NCBI GenBank assembly: GCA_016784605.1
Contig: JADHUI010000001.1
Location: 27,543 to 91,542, forward strand
Direction: 5' to 3'
DNA: 64,000 bases
Source of the DNA: Fidelibacterota bacterium
GTDB taxonomy: Bacteria; Fidelibacterota; Marinisomatia; Marinisomatales; UBA1611
The notes beneath the pieces were generated by a model. That model saw only the letters and a program-made list of their open reading frames with translations, was not told the origin of the DNA and did not search any database. The position numbers and the translations under genes are program-made. Of this stretch, positions 54,512-63,745 are shown one piece after another (position 1 is the first letter of the stretch; each line of letters opens with the position of its first letter).

Positions 54512-55996
54512 ATGAGCAATAAAATACAGTTTAAAAATTATGGACCCCAAAAAAATTGGATTGATGGAAAATACCAACCGTCAAAATCAGAAAAAACAAT
54601 TTCAGTTATATCGCCTTATTTTGATAAAGAAATTGCTACAATTCCAGAGTCTAATTATTCTGATTTAGATGATGCTGTTCAAAAGGCAGAAGCGGCATTT
54701 CCTTCGTGGTCCAACCTCAATATCCGAGACAGAGCTGAAGTCATGTTTAATCTAAAATCTATTATGGAAAAAAATGTAGATGAATTAGCAGAACTCATTT
54801 CTCTTGATAATGGTAAAACAGTTCCAGACGCAAGAGGGAGTATTTTGCGCGGAAAAGAAGTGGTGGAATTTGCTACATCATTGCCAACACTACTGCAAGG
54901 CGATTCTGCTCCAGTTGGTGCCGGGATAAACTGTACAATGACTCAAGAACCACTCGGTGTAGTTGCGGGAATAACCCCTTTTAATTTCCCAGCCATGGTT
55001 CCTTTATGGATGATTCCTTTGGCTGTTACAACAGGGAATTGTTTTATACTAAAGCCATCCGAACAAACACCGCTCTCTACCTTTAAATTAGCTGAATATT
55101 TAAAAGAAGCAGGTCTTCCAGACGGCGTGTTTAATATTGTAAATGGTGCTAGAGAAATTGTGGAAGGTATTTGCGATCATCCGGGAATTAAGGCGGTTGC
55201 TTTTGTAGGATCATCGACTGTAGCTAAAATTGTTTATTCTCGGGCCGCTTCAAACGGGAAGCGAGCTTTATGCTTAGGTGGAGCAAAAAATCACATGATT
55301 GTCGTTCCAGATGCAGATCAAGATTCTACCGCAAAAGGGTTATTAGCAAGTTCAATGGGTAGCGCAGGACAACGCTGCATGGCCGCGAGTGTGGCCGTGG
55401 GTGTTGCTGATGTTGATCCTATAATCGACCAACTTGTAGATGAAGCCAAAAATTTTAAATTGGGAATAGACATGGGTACGATTGTAAGCAAACCTGCTTT
55501 TGATCGTATTACCAATTATATAGACGAAGCTGAAAAGATGGGAGCAAAAGTTCTTATTGATGGAAGGAAAGCAACACCGCCAGAAGGGTACGAGAACGGT
55601 TATTGGATTGGAGCTACTATATTAGATAATGTCGATCCAGACTGGCCTAGCGCTACTGATGAAATATTTGGCCCAGTCCTTTCAATTATTCGAACCGACA
55701 CTTTAGAGAATGCAATGAAAATTGAAAATGGGAATCAATATGGGAATGCTGCAGCTGTGTTTACCACATCTGGGCAAGTGGCAAAAACTATTTCTGAATC
55801 TGCATCGGCAGGTATGATAGGAATCAATATTGGTGTACCCGTTCCTAGGGAACCGTACAGTTTCGGCGGTTGGAATGAATCTAAATATGGACACGGTGAT
55901 ATTACAGGAAGAAGCGGTGTTGACTTCTGGACAAACCTTAAAAAAGTAACATCACGTTGGCCAGAATCAGATGAAGCTTGGAAAAAATATTTTTAA
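54512..55996 (+). CDS. mmsA: CoA-acylating methylmalonate/malonate-semialdehyde dehydrogenase (494 aa)
   Basis: ALDH blocks FNFPAMVPLWMIPLAVTTGNCFILKPSE, catalytic-Cys block GSAGQRCMA (MMSDH-type), and ITPFNFP / EIFGPV. Confidence 0.9.
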   Translation: MSNKIQFKNYGPQKNWIDGKYQPSKSEKTISVISPYFDKEIATIPESNYSDLDDAVQKAEAAFPSWSNLNIRDRAEVMFNLKSIMEKNVDELAELISLDNGKTVPDARGSILRGKEVVEFATSLPTLLQGDSAPVGAGINCTMTQEPLGVVAGITPFNFPAMVPLWMIPLAVTTGNCFILKPSEQTPLSTFKLAEYLKEAGLPDGVFNIVNGAREIVEGICDHPGIKAVAFVGSSTVAKIVYSRAASNGKRALCLGGAKNHMIVVPDADQDSTAKGLLASSMGSAGQRCMAASVAVGVADVDPIIDQLVDEAKNFKLGIDMGTIVSKPAFDRITNYIDEAEKMGAKVLIDGRKATPPEGYENGYWIGATILDNVDPDWPSATDEIFGPVLSIIRTDTLENAMKIENGNQYGNAAAVFTTSGQVAKTISESASAGMIGINIGVPVPREPYSFGGWNESKYGHGDITGRSGVDFWTNLKKVTSRWPESDEAWKKYF

Positions 55997-56013
55997 CCTG
56001 CGGTGAAAATAGT

Positions 56014-56367
56014 TTAATTAAGGCTAAACCCGGCGTTTAATAAAAACGCAACATCATCTTCGCTAACTGTGCAAAAATACCGTTCGCCTGTAGGGCAACT
56101 ACATGCAGCGCAAACAGCATCATATACCCACTCGGAATAGGCGTCATATATTTTAACACCTAACGCTTCATAGTAATCGGTAAATATTTTTAAACGACCA
56201 CTTTCCGTTGCTGGGTATTCATCATATTCATGCGTTTTTAACCAATCATTGTCCCATTCATTACTTAAACACTGAGTGGGATCGATAAAAACAGATTCTC
56301 TATCTTGGTTTTGATTGCAGGAAAAAAACAGAAAAACCGAGAAAAATATTAATAATAATTGTTTCAT
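56014..56367 (-). CDS. Hypothetical small lipoprotein (117 aa from ATG 56367)
   Basis: MKQLLLIFFSVFLFFSC lipobox at the internal ATG. The track start 56418 would overlap the upstream gene. Cys-rich C-terminus. Confidence 0.5.
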   Translation of the reverse strand: MKQLLLIFFSVFLFFSCNQNQDRESVFIDPTQCLSNEWDNDWLKTHEYDEYPATESGRLKIFTDYYEALGVKIYDAYSEWVYDAVCAACSCPTGERYFCTVSEDDVAFLLNAGFSLN

Positions 56368-56381
56368 CCTTTTATCCATTA

Positions 56382-57743
56382 TTATTTTAGAAAATCGCTT
56401 AATGATTTTGCGGTACAATTGATGTCTAATAATAATAAATCTGATACAAGTGGCGCAATTTGTACAGACTTCATTTGTCCAATATTACCATTTTTTGGAA
56501 CACCCCTACCCGCAGACATAAAGCCGGTAAAAAGAGTCGGCTCATCAGGGTTTCCGCCATGGTTTCCACCTCGAGATTTATAAATATATGGTTTTTTATT
56601 ATTTTTTATAAAGTTGAATTCGTCCTTAGCTAACAAAACAAAATCTTCTTTATTGCTTGAAGAAAGCGTACCTGTTAAATGTCTTTTTTCTAATAATTCA
56701 AATTCTGACTGTCGAGATAGAAGTAGCCGAACATCTTTTTTTAAAGTTTCATTTTTTGGATCTTTTAATCGAACAAATGCAGAACCGCCCGATGACAAGC
56801 ACACAACATCCCAATTTACAACTTGGCCCATATTGTTTATAGTTAACCACCCTTGATCTGCAAATAATCTATTAATATTTATCCCCATATTGTGGTCTTT
56901 AAACCCATGATCTCCTGTTACAATTAATGTGGTTGTATTCCACAAATCATTATTATCTATGAGCGTTAAAATATTCCCAATTAAAGAATCTGCGAACATA
57001 TAGGCTTTTTTAACCTCCGGTGATATTTTTCCAAAATCATGCTGCTCATAATCGGTTTGAATAATGTGATATAAACTTAAGTGAGGCCGATAACGTTCAA
57101 ACGAGTCTAGAAATAATTGATGTAATAATAAATCACGATCATAATCCGTTGGTGTTTTATCACCTTTAATAGCGCCGCGAATTTTTGCTTTTTCTAAAAA
57201 TAAATCAGGCACATCATATTTTCGAACTAAGTCCAGCGTAGACACAGAATCAGATGTTGATTGAATTTCTGCTAACATATATGTAGCAGGTGCCCCCACT
57301 GTTACCGGCCATGAAATGCTTAATGTAATGAGCTTTTTCTCGTATGCCTTATCGATTAAAGTGGGCACCTTAATGGAATCTGAAAACCAATACCATTCTG
57401 AAAAATTCGTTTCAGGAACAAAGGGACGATTATTAATTATGCCATGAACGGGAGGCGTTTCGCCGGTAATTATAGATGTATGAGCTGGATATGTTTGTGA
57501 TGGGAAAATGGTTTGTACCTGCCCGGAATAGGCCCCCATTTTCTTCAGGCGCGAAAAATGCGGTAGCTCATTATCTTTAAACCCAAACTTTTGCGGACGA
57601 AGAACGATATCGCCCCGAAGTCCATCAATTGAAACAAGGATGACGCGACGGTCATCCCAAGATCCTTTTTTTTCACATCCATGAAAAACCACCATAAATG
57701 AAAAAAAGATAAATAAAATGAAACGATGAATGTGATTTTGCAA
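56382..57743 (-). CDS. Alkaline-phosphatase-superfamily nucleotide pyrophosphatase/phosphodiesterase (ENPP-like) lipoprotein (453 aa)
   Basis: Motifs VILVSIDGLRGD, FPSQTYPAHTSIITG (nucleophile Thr) and LIVTGDHGF. Lipoprotein-like signal ...VVFHGC. TTG start only 21 bp from the divergent pyk ATG. Confidence 0.85.
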   Translation of the reverse strand: MQNHIHRFILFIFFSFMVVFHGCEKKGSWDDRRVILVSIDGLRGDIVLRPQKFGFKDNELPHFSRLKKMGAYSGQVQTIFPSQTYPAHTSIITGETPPVHGIINNRPFVPETNFSEWYWFSDSIKVPTLIDKAYEKKLITLSISWPVTVGAPATYMLAEIQSTSDSVSTLDLVRKYDVPDLFLEKAKIRGAIKGDKTPTDYDRDLLLHQLFLDSFERYRPHLSLYHIIQTDYEQHDFGKISPEVKKAYMFADSLIGNILTLIDNNDLWNTTTLIVTGDHGFKDHNMGININRLFADQGWLTINNMGQVVNWDVVCLSSGGSAFVRLKDPKNETLKKDVRLLLSRQSEFELLEKRHLTGTLSSSNKEDFVLLAKDEFNFIKNNKKPYIYKSRGGNHGGNPDEPTLFTGFMSAGRGVPKNGNIGQMKSVQIAPLVSDLLLLDINCTAKSLSDFLK

Positions 57744-57764
57744 AACTACACCTAAATTTATTCC

Positions 57765-59180
57765 ATGAATTTAAACAGAACTAAAATACTTGCAACAGTT
57801 GGACCTTCTTGCGATACAATTGAAAAACTTCAATCATTAAGCGACAAAGGCGTTAGCTGCTTTCGTATTAATATGTCCCACGGAACCCAAGAAAATAAAC
57901 GCGCATACATCCAAACACTTAAAAAAGTAAAAACAATTTCCGGAGATCGCCCAACACTGTTGGCTGATTTAGCTGGACCCAAGATCCGCGTCAATGCTAT
58001 TTCTGAAGACATTCACGTTGTTCGAGGTGAAAAAATTATTATTACGAATGAAGGTATAGAGCCACAAAAAAACATACCTATTTCCGGCGGTTTTCTGTTT
58101 GGAGATATTCATGATAAGGCAAAAGTATTAATTAATGACGGCCGAATTCAGTTAAATATAATTAATAAAATTTCAGAAGGAACTCTTGAGTGTGAAGTTA
58201 CCATTGGGGGAACAATCCAAAGTAGAAAAGGAGTGAACTTCCCCGGGATTGAGTTAGACATTCCTACTTTAACCGAACAAGATAAAAAAGATATTGATCT
58301 CGCTCTAGAAGAAGGGGTTGATTGGATTGCCTTATCCTTTGTTCGTTCTGCCATTGATGCGGATGTGATTAATAAGTATTTATCTGAAAAGAATTCACAT
58401 ATACCCATTATGGCAAAAATTGAAAAGTGGGAAGCGGTTAAAGATTTAACACATATTATTCGAAAATTTGATGCCGTCATGGTTGCTCGTGGCGATCTTG
58501 GCGTTGAAATTCCCTTAGAAAAAGTTCCAGCAATACAAAAAGATGTCATTCAAAAAGCAAAACATCAAGGAAAGCCCGTTATTATAGCAACACAAATTCT
58601 AGAATCTATGGTAAAAAGTCCCGTGCCAACGAGAGCTGAAGTTAGCGATATTGCAAATGCCATATTAGATGGCGCAGACGGACTTCTTGTTACAGGCGAA
58701 ACAGCTGCGGGAAATAATCCAGAAGCTGTGATTGATGTTTTAAAAACAGTGATTGAAGAAACAGAGAATACAATTTCTTTTGAAATTTATGATTATGAAC
58801 CGAGGCAAGAACGATTTTCGACTGCGCATGCTATTAGCCACGCTGCCTGTAAAGTTTCAAAAGAAATATCGGCGGACTGTCTTGTAACTATGACCCATAG
58901 CGGGAGTACAGCAAGAATGATTTCGCGATATAGACCAGAAGCTAAAATTATTGCATTAACGCCCAATAAAGAGTGTTATCGCCAGCTCAAGATTGTGTGG
59001 GGGGTAAAACCGGTGTTGATAGACCCGTATGATAATGCAGATCAAATCCAAGGTATTGCAACAAAAGTTTTATCTGATAAAGGGCTTATTGCGCCCAACG
59101 ATAGATTTGTTGTAACCGGAGGCGTCCCTGTAGGTGTTTCTGGTACAACTAACTATTTATCTGTTATCAAAAGTATTTAA
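57765..59180 (+). CDS. pyk: Pyruvate kinase (471 aa)
   Basis: RTKILATVGPS, FRINMSHG, LADLAGPKIR, MVARGDLGVEIP and ATQILESM are canonical PK motifs. Confidence 0.95.
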   Translation: MNLNRTKILATVGPSCDTIEKLQSLSDKGVSCFRINMSHGTQENKRAYIQTLKKVKTISGDRPTLLADLAGPKIRVNAISEDIHVVRGEKIIITNEGIEPQKNIPISGGFLFGDIHDKAKVLINDGRIQLNIINKISEGTLECEVTIGGTIQSRKGVNFPGIELDIPTLTEQDKKDIDLALEEGVDWIALSFVRSAIDADVINKYLSEKNSHIPIMAKIEKWEAVKDLTHIIRKFDAVMVARGDLGVEIPLEKVPAIQKDVIQKAKHQGKPVIIATQILESMVKSPVPTRAEVSDIANAILDGADGLLVTGETAAGNNPEAVIDVLKTVIEETENTISFEIYDYEPRQERFSTAHAISHAACKVSKEISADCLVTMTHSGSTARMISRYRPEAKIIALTPNKECYRQLKIVWGVKPVLIDPYDNADQIQGIATKVLSDKGLIAPNDRFVVTGGVPVGVSGTTNYLSVIKSI

Positions 59181-59201
59181 CCACCTGCCGACCCAATTCC
59201 C

Positions 59202-61403
59202 ATGAAACAATTATATAAAATATTATTTTTTATTTCGTTCATTTTAGCCCAAGCCCCAACAGGGTATTATGACACCGCCGAAGGATTAAGCGGAGAAGAT
59301 TTACGATTGGCGCTTCATTTAATAATAGACAATCATTCCAGCCAATCTTACTCATCTTTATGGACTCATTTTCAATCCACAGATAAAAAACCGAATAATA
59401 AAGTATGGGATATGTATTCAGACGTACCCGGCGGAACACCACCTTACGAATATACGTTTGGGTCAGATCAATGTGGTAATTATGGCGGAGAGGGTGATTG
59501 TTATAACAGGGAACATTCCTGGCCAAAAAGCTGGTTTAATAACGGCTCGCCCATGAATACAGATTTGTTTCACCTTTATCCCACGGACGGATACACAAAT
59601 GGGATGCGATCTAATTACCCTTTTGGTGAAGTTTCGAATGCAACTTGGACATCTCAAAATGGCAGTAAGCGCGGAACAATGGATGCCTATGGGTTTAGCG
59701 GAACCGTTTTTGAACCCATTGATACATATAAAGGAGATTTTGCGCGAACCTATTTTTATATGTCTACACGGTATTATACAGAAGATTCTGGGTGGGATAA
59801 TAATGATATGGTAAATGGTGCAGACTTAAAAGATTGGGCTGTAGATATGTTGCTTGCTTGGCACGAAGCTGATCCTGTAAGTGAAAAAGAAACAAATCGA
59901 AACAATGCAGTGTATGATATTCAAAATAACAGAAACCCTTTTATTGATCACCCCGAATGGGCAGAATGTATTTGGGGAGAGTGTGGAACCGGTACAGAAA
60001 ATACACCGCCGGTGGCTAATGCGGGCCCAGATCAAACGGTTTTAGTTGGAGGGACTGTTTTTCTAGACGGGTCTGGGAGTTATGATTCTGATGGATCCAT
60101 CGATTTGTATCAATGGGAGCAAGTCAGCGGAGAAAGTGTTACACTTTCTACATATAATGGAGAATTCTGTTCTTTTGAAACATCCGTAACGCCCGGAAGC
60201 TTTTCTTTTTCATTAACTGTGACGGATAATGAAGGAGCCATATCAAGTGATATTATTCATATTTATTCAGTTGAAACAATTGATGGCGATTTGTTTATTA
60301 GTGAATACGGCGAAGGGTCTGGCGTAAATCGATATTTAGAAATATTTAATCCAACGCCACAAACAATTGATTTGTCTGAGTATGGATTTCCAAGCGTTGG
60401 AAATACCCCAACAACACCTGGAGAATATGAATACTGGAACAGTTTTCCAAATAATGCAACCATTGCCCCACTTCAAGTATATATTATTGCTCATCCCGAA
60501 GCAAATTCAACCATATTATCTCAAGCTGATGTGACTCATCAATATTTGAGTAATGGGAACGATGGTTATGCGCTCGTGAAAGGAAATGAAACCAACTTTA
60601 CGATTGTAGATTGGCTAGGCGATTGGAATGGAAATCCTGGAGATGGCTGGAGTGTAGCAGGTGTAACCAACGGTACTTTAGACCATACTTTAGTGCGGAA
60701 ACCGTCCGTTATTTCAGGTAACACAAATTGGGAATCATCTGCCGGAACAAATACCGATAACTCAGAATGGATTGTGTATGAACAAGATATGTGGGACTAT
60801 TTAGGAGCACATGAATTTGATAGCGGAACTCAGAATACAGCGCCTATCGCCTATGCGGGTGAAGATCAAATTGTTATGGAAAATGAAACGGTTTATTTAG
60901 ATGGGTCGGGATCTTATGATGCAGAATCAAGTGAATTAATTTATCAATGGAGAGTCCCAAACGGGATTGAATTAGATGATAATACATCCCCAACCCCAAC
61001 CTTTATCGCCACAACGACAGGAGATACAATTGCCTATTTGTTTTCTCTTATCGTATCAGATGGTGAATTATCATCGGAACCGGATACTGTCATTATTGCC
61101 GTAAACCCACAATTGGATATTGAGCAACACAATTTTCCAAGAGACTTTGAACTATTAACCGTTTTTCCAAACCCATTTAATCCTACAACCACGATACAGT
61201 TTCATTTAGACAAAGCGAGCGAGGTATCCATAGATATTTTCAATATTAATGGAAAGTTGGTAGAAATATTATTTAGCGGATTTAAACATATCGGAAGCCA
61301 TAAAGCTCAATGGAATGCATCCAATCAACCGAGTGGTGTTTATTTTGTTAAAATACAATCGGGCTCAAAAAGTCAGTCGCAAAAAATAATTCTTCTTAAA
61401 TAA
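59202..61403 (+). CDS. Secreted endonuclease I (EndA/Vvn family) fused to PKD-like domains, a lamin-tail-like domain and a T9SS CTD (733 aa)
   Basis: Endonuclease-I blocks REHSWPKSW, DLFHLYPTDGYTNGMRSNYPFG and NRNPFIDHPEW. PKD-like ANAGPDQTV...LDGSGSYDSDGSI..YQW (twice). LTD-like LFISEYGEGSGVNRYLEIFNPTPQTIDL. CTD FELLTVFPNPFNPTTTIQFHL...GVYFVKIQSGSKSQSQKIILLK. Confidence 0.88.
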   Translation: MKQLYKILFFISFILAQAPTGYYDTAEGLSGEDLRLALHLIIDNHSSQSYSSLWTHFQSTDKKPNNKVWDMYSDVPGGTPPYEYTFGSDQCGNYGGEGDCYNREHSWPKSWFNNGSPMNTDLFHLYPTDGYTNGMRSNYPFGEVSNATWTSQNGSKRGTMDAYGFSGTVFEPIDTYKGDFARTYFYMSTRYYTEDSGWDNNDMVNGADLKDWAVDMLLAWHEADPVSEKETNRNNAVYDIQNNRNPFIDHPEWAECIWGECGTGTENTPPVANAGPDQTVLVGGTVFLDGSGSYDSDGSIDLYQWEQVSGESVTLSTYNGEFCSFETSVTPGSFSFSLTVTDNEGAISSDIIHIYSVETIDGDLFISEYGEGSGVNRYLEIFNPTPQTIDLSEYGFPSVGNTPTTPGEYEYWNSFPNNATIAPLQVYIIAHPEANSTILSQADVTHQYLSNGNDGYALVKGNETNFTIVDWLGDWNGNPGDGWSVAGVTNGTLDHTLVRKPSVISGNTNWESSAGTNTDNSEWIVYEQDMWDYLGAHEFDSGTQNTAPIAYAGEDQIVMENETVYLDGSGSYDAESSELIYQWRVPNGIELDDNTSPTPTFIATTTGDTIAYLFSLIVSDGELSSEPDTVIIAVNPQLDIEQHNFPRDFELLTVFPNPFNPTTTIQFHLDKASEVSIDIFNINGKLVEILFSGFKHIGSHKAQWNASNQPSGVYFVKIQSGSKSQSQKIILLK

Positions 61404-61544
61404 AGCATTATTTTGGCAACACGCAGATGTCTCTTTGGCAATTGATTATTGTAAAAAACATCTCTAAATCTTTATTATAATCCATATTGTTTTCCGATGA
61501 TGAAGAGTATAGATTTAAGTTAAAACGACCTATACTCATAAGCC

Positions 61545-63293
61545 ATGTTTAGTGATAAAAAATTAAAACAAACTTTATCAACCATTGATGGCAAAGGCTA
61601 TAAGGCGTATAAGCAGATTGGTGGTGAGTTTTGTTTTACAACCCACACATTATATATAGATCACGTTCAGGGCGATCCTTTTGCCCAGCCATCAAAAGTA
61701 AGGCTTCGTGTTCATGGAGAAAAATCTAAATTTCCGAAAAATATCTGGGAAAATTCTGTGCGAAAAATCGCATTAGAAGATTTTATTGCTCGCGCGATTC
61801 GAAATGTCATTCAGAATATTGTTGGCCCTCAAAAAGGGTCAGGAAAGAGCGGAATCATTTATATCGATGCTGGCAGGCAAGAAGTTTTAGATCGGACAGC
61901 TGTTGTTATTTCTGAAAACTGGATCGAAGCTCGAATACAAATAGGTCTTCCTGCTAATGGAAGGAGAATTTTAGGGAGACAAGCGATTGACATATTTTTC
62001 AATGAATTACCACACATTGTTGAAAATGCGCTGTATTGGGAAAATATAAATCAAGACATCTGCAGGTCATTTGTGAGTTGCGCGGAAAACCAAGAAGCCA
62101 TCCGCCAACAATTAGACAATTTAAATATAACCGCTTTTATTGCAAATGGTTCAATACTTCCGAGAAAATCTGGGGTGTGCGATTTGCCATTATCCGGAGA
62201 ATCGGTCGTGCCGTTTCAATCCCCACAATCACTGGAAGTCACCGTAGAAATCCCAAACCCTTTTTCAAATGGGAAAACTGAAATGAAAGGTATGGGAATT
62301 CCGAATGGAATTACACTCATTGTTGGGGGAGGATACCACGGGAAATCCACATTGTTAAAATCAATTGAGCGATGTGTTTATCCCCATATTCCCGGCGACG
62401 GAAGGGAATATGTTATTACAAGAATAGATGCAGTGAAAATTCGTTCTGAAGAAGGGCGACGCGTTGAAAAGGTAAACATTACGTCTTTCATTGATAATTT
62501 ACCTCAAAGAATCAGCACAGATTCGTTTTGCAGTGAAGACGCAAGCGGAAGCACGAGCCAAGCGGCCAATATTATCGAAGCGTTGGAAGTTGGGGCAAAC
62601 CTTCTCCTTTTAGATGAAGATACCTCGGCGGCGAATTTTATGGTCCGGGATGCTCGAATGCAAAAATTGGTCCACAAAGAGAATGAGCCTATTACGCCCT
62701 TTGTAGATCGGGTACGAGAAATATATGATGACTTTGGCGTTTCAACTATTTTGGTAATGGGAGGTTCTGGGGATTATTTTGAAGCAGCGGATACCATTAT
62801 AAAAATGCAGGATTATACACCAAATGATGTTGGGAATTCTGTGGTGGAAATTGTAAAAAAATTCCCAACCCAAAGAAAAGCAGAATCACCGAAAGCCTTT
62901 ACAAAACCCACAAATCGCTCCCCACAAAAGAAAAGTTTTGATGCATCTAGAGGCCGGAGACAGATTAAAATTGACATTAAATCTCGCGATCTTTTGATTT
63001 ATGGGAAAAACACAATCGATTTACGCTATAGTGATCAATTGGTGGACCCAAGCCAAACAGGCGCAATTGGCTACGCTATATTTTATGCAACCCAAAAACT
63101 AATGAACGACACTTTATCGATTAAGGATGTCGTTGAGGAAATAGAAAAGCTATTCAACGAAAATAGCTTAGATTTTTTGGATCCATATTATCAAAAAGAA
63201 AAGCATCCTGGCAATTTTTCAAGACCACGGAAATATGAAATAGCCGCCGCTATAAATCGACTTCGCACTACACGGTTTATCCAAAAGATATAA
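61545..63293 (+). CDS. ABC-class ATPase domain protein (PF09818-like predicted ATPase, 582 aa)
   Basis: Walker A GGGYHGKSTLLKSIERCVY and Walker B LLLLDEDTSAANFMVRD. The overall architecture matches my recollection of the stand-alone ABC_ATPase family. Confidence 0.7.
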   Translation: MFSDKKLKQTLSTIDGKGYKAYKQIGGEFCFTTHTLYIDHVQGDPFAQPSKVRLRVHGEKSKFPKNIWENSVRKIALEDFIARAIRNVIQNIVGPQKGSGKSGIIYIDAGRQEVLDRTAVVISENWIEARIQIGLPANGRRILGRQAIDIFFNELPHIVENALYWENINQDICRSFVSCAENQEAIRQQLDNLNITAFIANGSILPRKSGVCDLPLSGESVVPFQSPQSLEVTVEIPNPFSNGKTEMKGMGIPNGITLIVGGGYHGKSTLLKSIERCVYPHIPGDGREYVITRIDAVKIRSEEGRRVEKVNITSFIDNLPQRISTDSFCSEDASGSTSQAANIIEALEVGANLLLLDEDTSAANFMVRDARMQKLVHKENEPITPFVDRVREIYDDFGVSTILVMGGSGDYFEAADTIIKMQDYTPNDVGNSVVEIVKKFPTQRKAESPKAFTKPTNRSPQKKSFDASRGRRQIKIDIKSRDLLIYGKNTIDLRYSDQLVDPSQTGAIGYAIFYATQKLMNDTLSIKDVVEEIEKLFNENSLDFLDPYYQKEKHPGNFSRPRKYEIAAAINRLRTTRFIQKI

Positions 63294-63411
63294 CGACGGT
63301 TACAGGCATCCACTTTTTTTCAAGTATGTCTTGGCAGGTTTTTTACTATTATGTATTGCAAGGTACTAAACTATACATGTATATTAGTTAGGTCAAATAA
63401 TAAAATAATAA

Positions 63412-63741
63412 ATGAAACTTGAAAACACAAAAGCGCAAATGCGAAAAGGCGTATTGGAATATTGTATTCTTTCCATTTTAAAAAATGGTGAAGCATACCC
63501 TTCTGATATTTTGATAAAGTTAAAAAAATCAAATTTAATCGTTGTAGAAGGGACATTATATCCATTATTAACTCGCTTAAAAAATTCCGGACTTCTATCT
63601 TACCGTTGGGAAGAATCAAAATCGGGCCCACCGCGAAAATATTATTCTGCCACTTCAGAAGGGATTGTTTTTTTATCGGCACTGGATGATACATGGAAAG
63701 ATTTAGTTAAAGCAGTTCGGTTAACCACCAAAAAAAAATAA
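63412..63741 (+). CDS. PadR-family transcriptional regulator (109 aa)
   Basis: Winged-helix PadR signature: KGVLEYCILSIL..GEAYPSDI, EGTLYPLLTRLKNSGLLSYRWEES, GPPRKYYSATSEG. Confidence 0.9.
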   Translation: MKLENTKAQMRKGVLEYCILSILKNGEAYPSDILIKLKKSNLIVVEGTLYPLLTRLKNSGLLSYRWEESKSGPPRKYYSATSEGIVFLSALDDTWKDLVKAVRLTTKKK

Positions 63742-63745
63742 TCCA

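Noticed and set aside
61414-61460. Two TTGGCAA motifs resembling the -24 element of a sigma-54 promoter downstream of the nuclease gene
   Set aside because: Neither is followed by a TTGC(A/T) -12 element at the required spacing.
63371-63694. 107-aa minus-strand ORF opposite padR
   Set aside because: The plus-strand frame has a clear PadR signature. The antisense ORF is low complexity.
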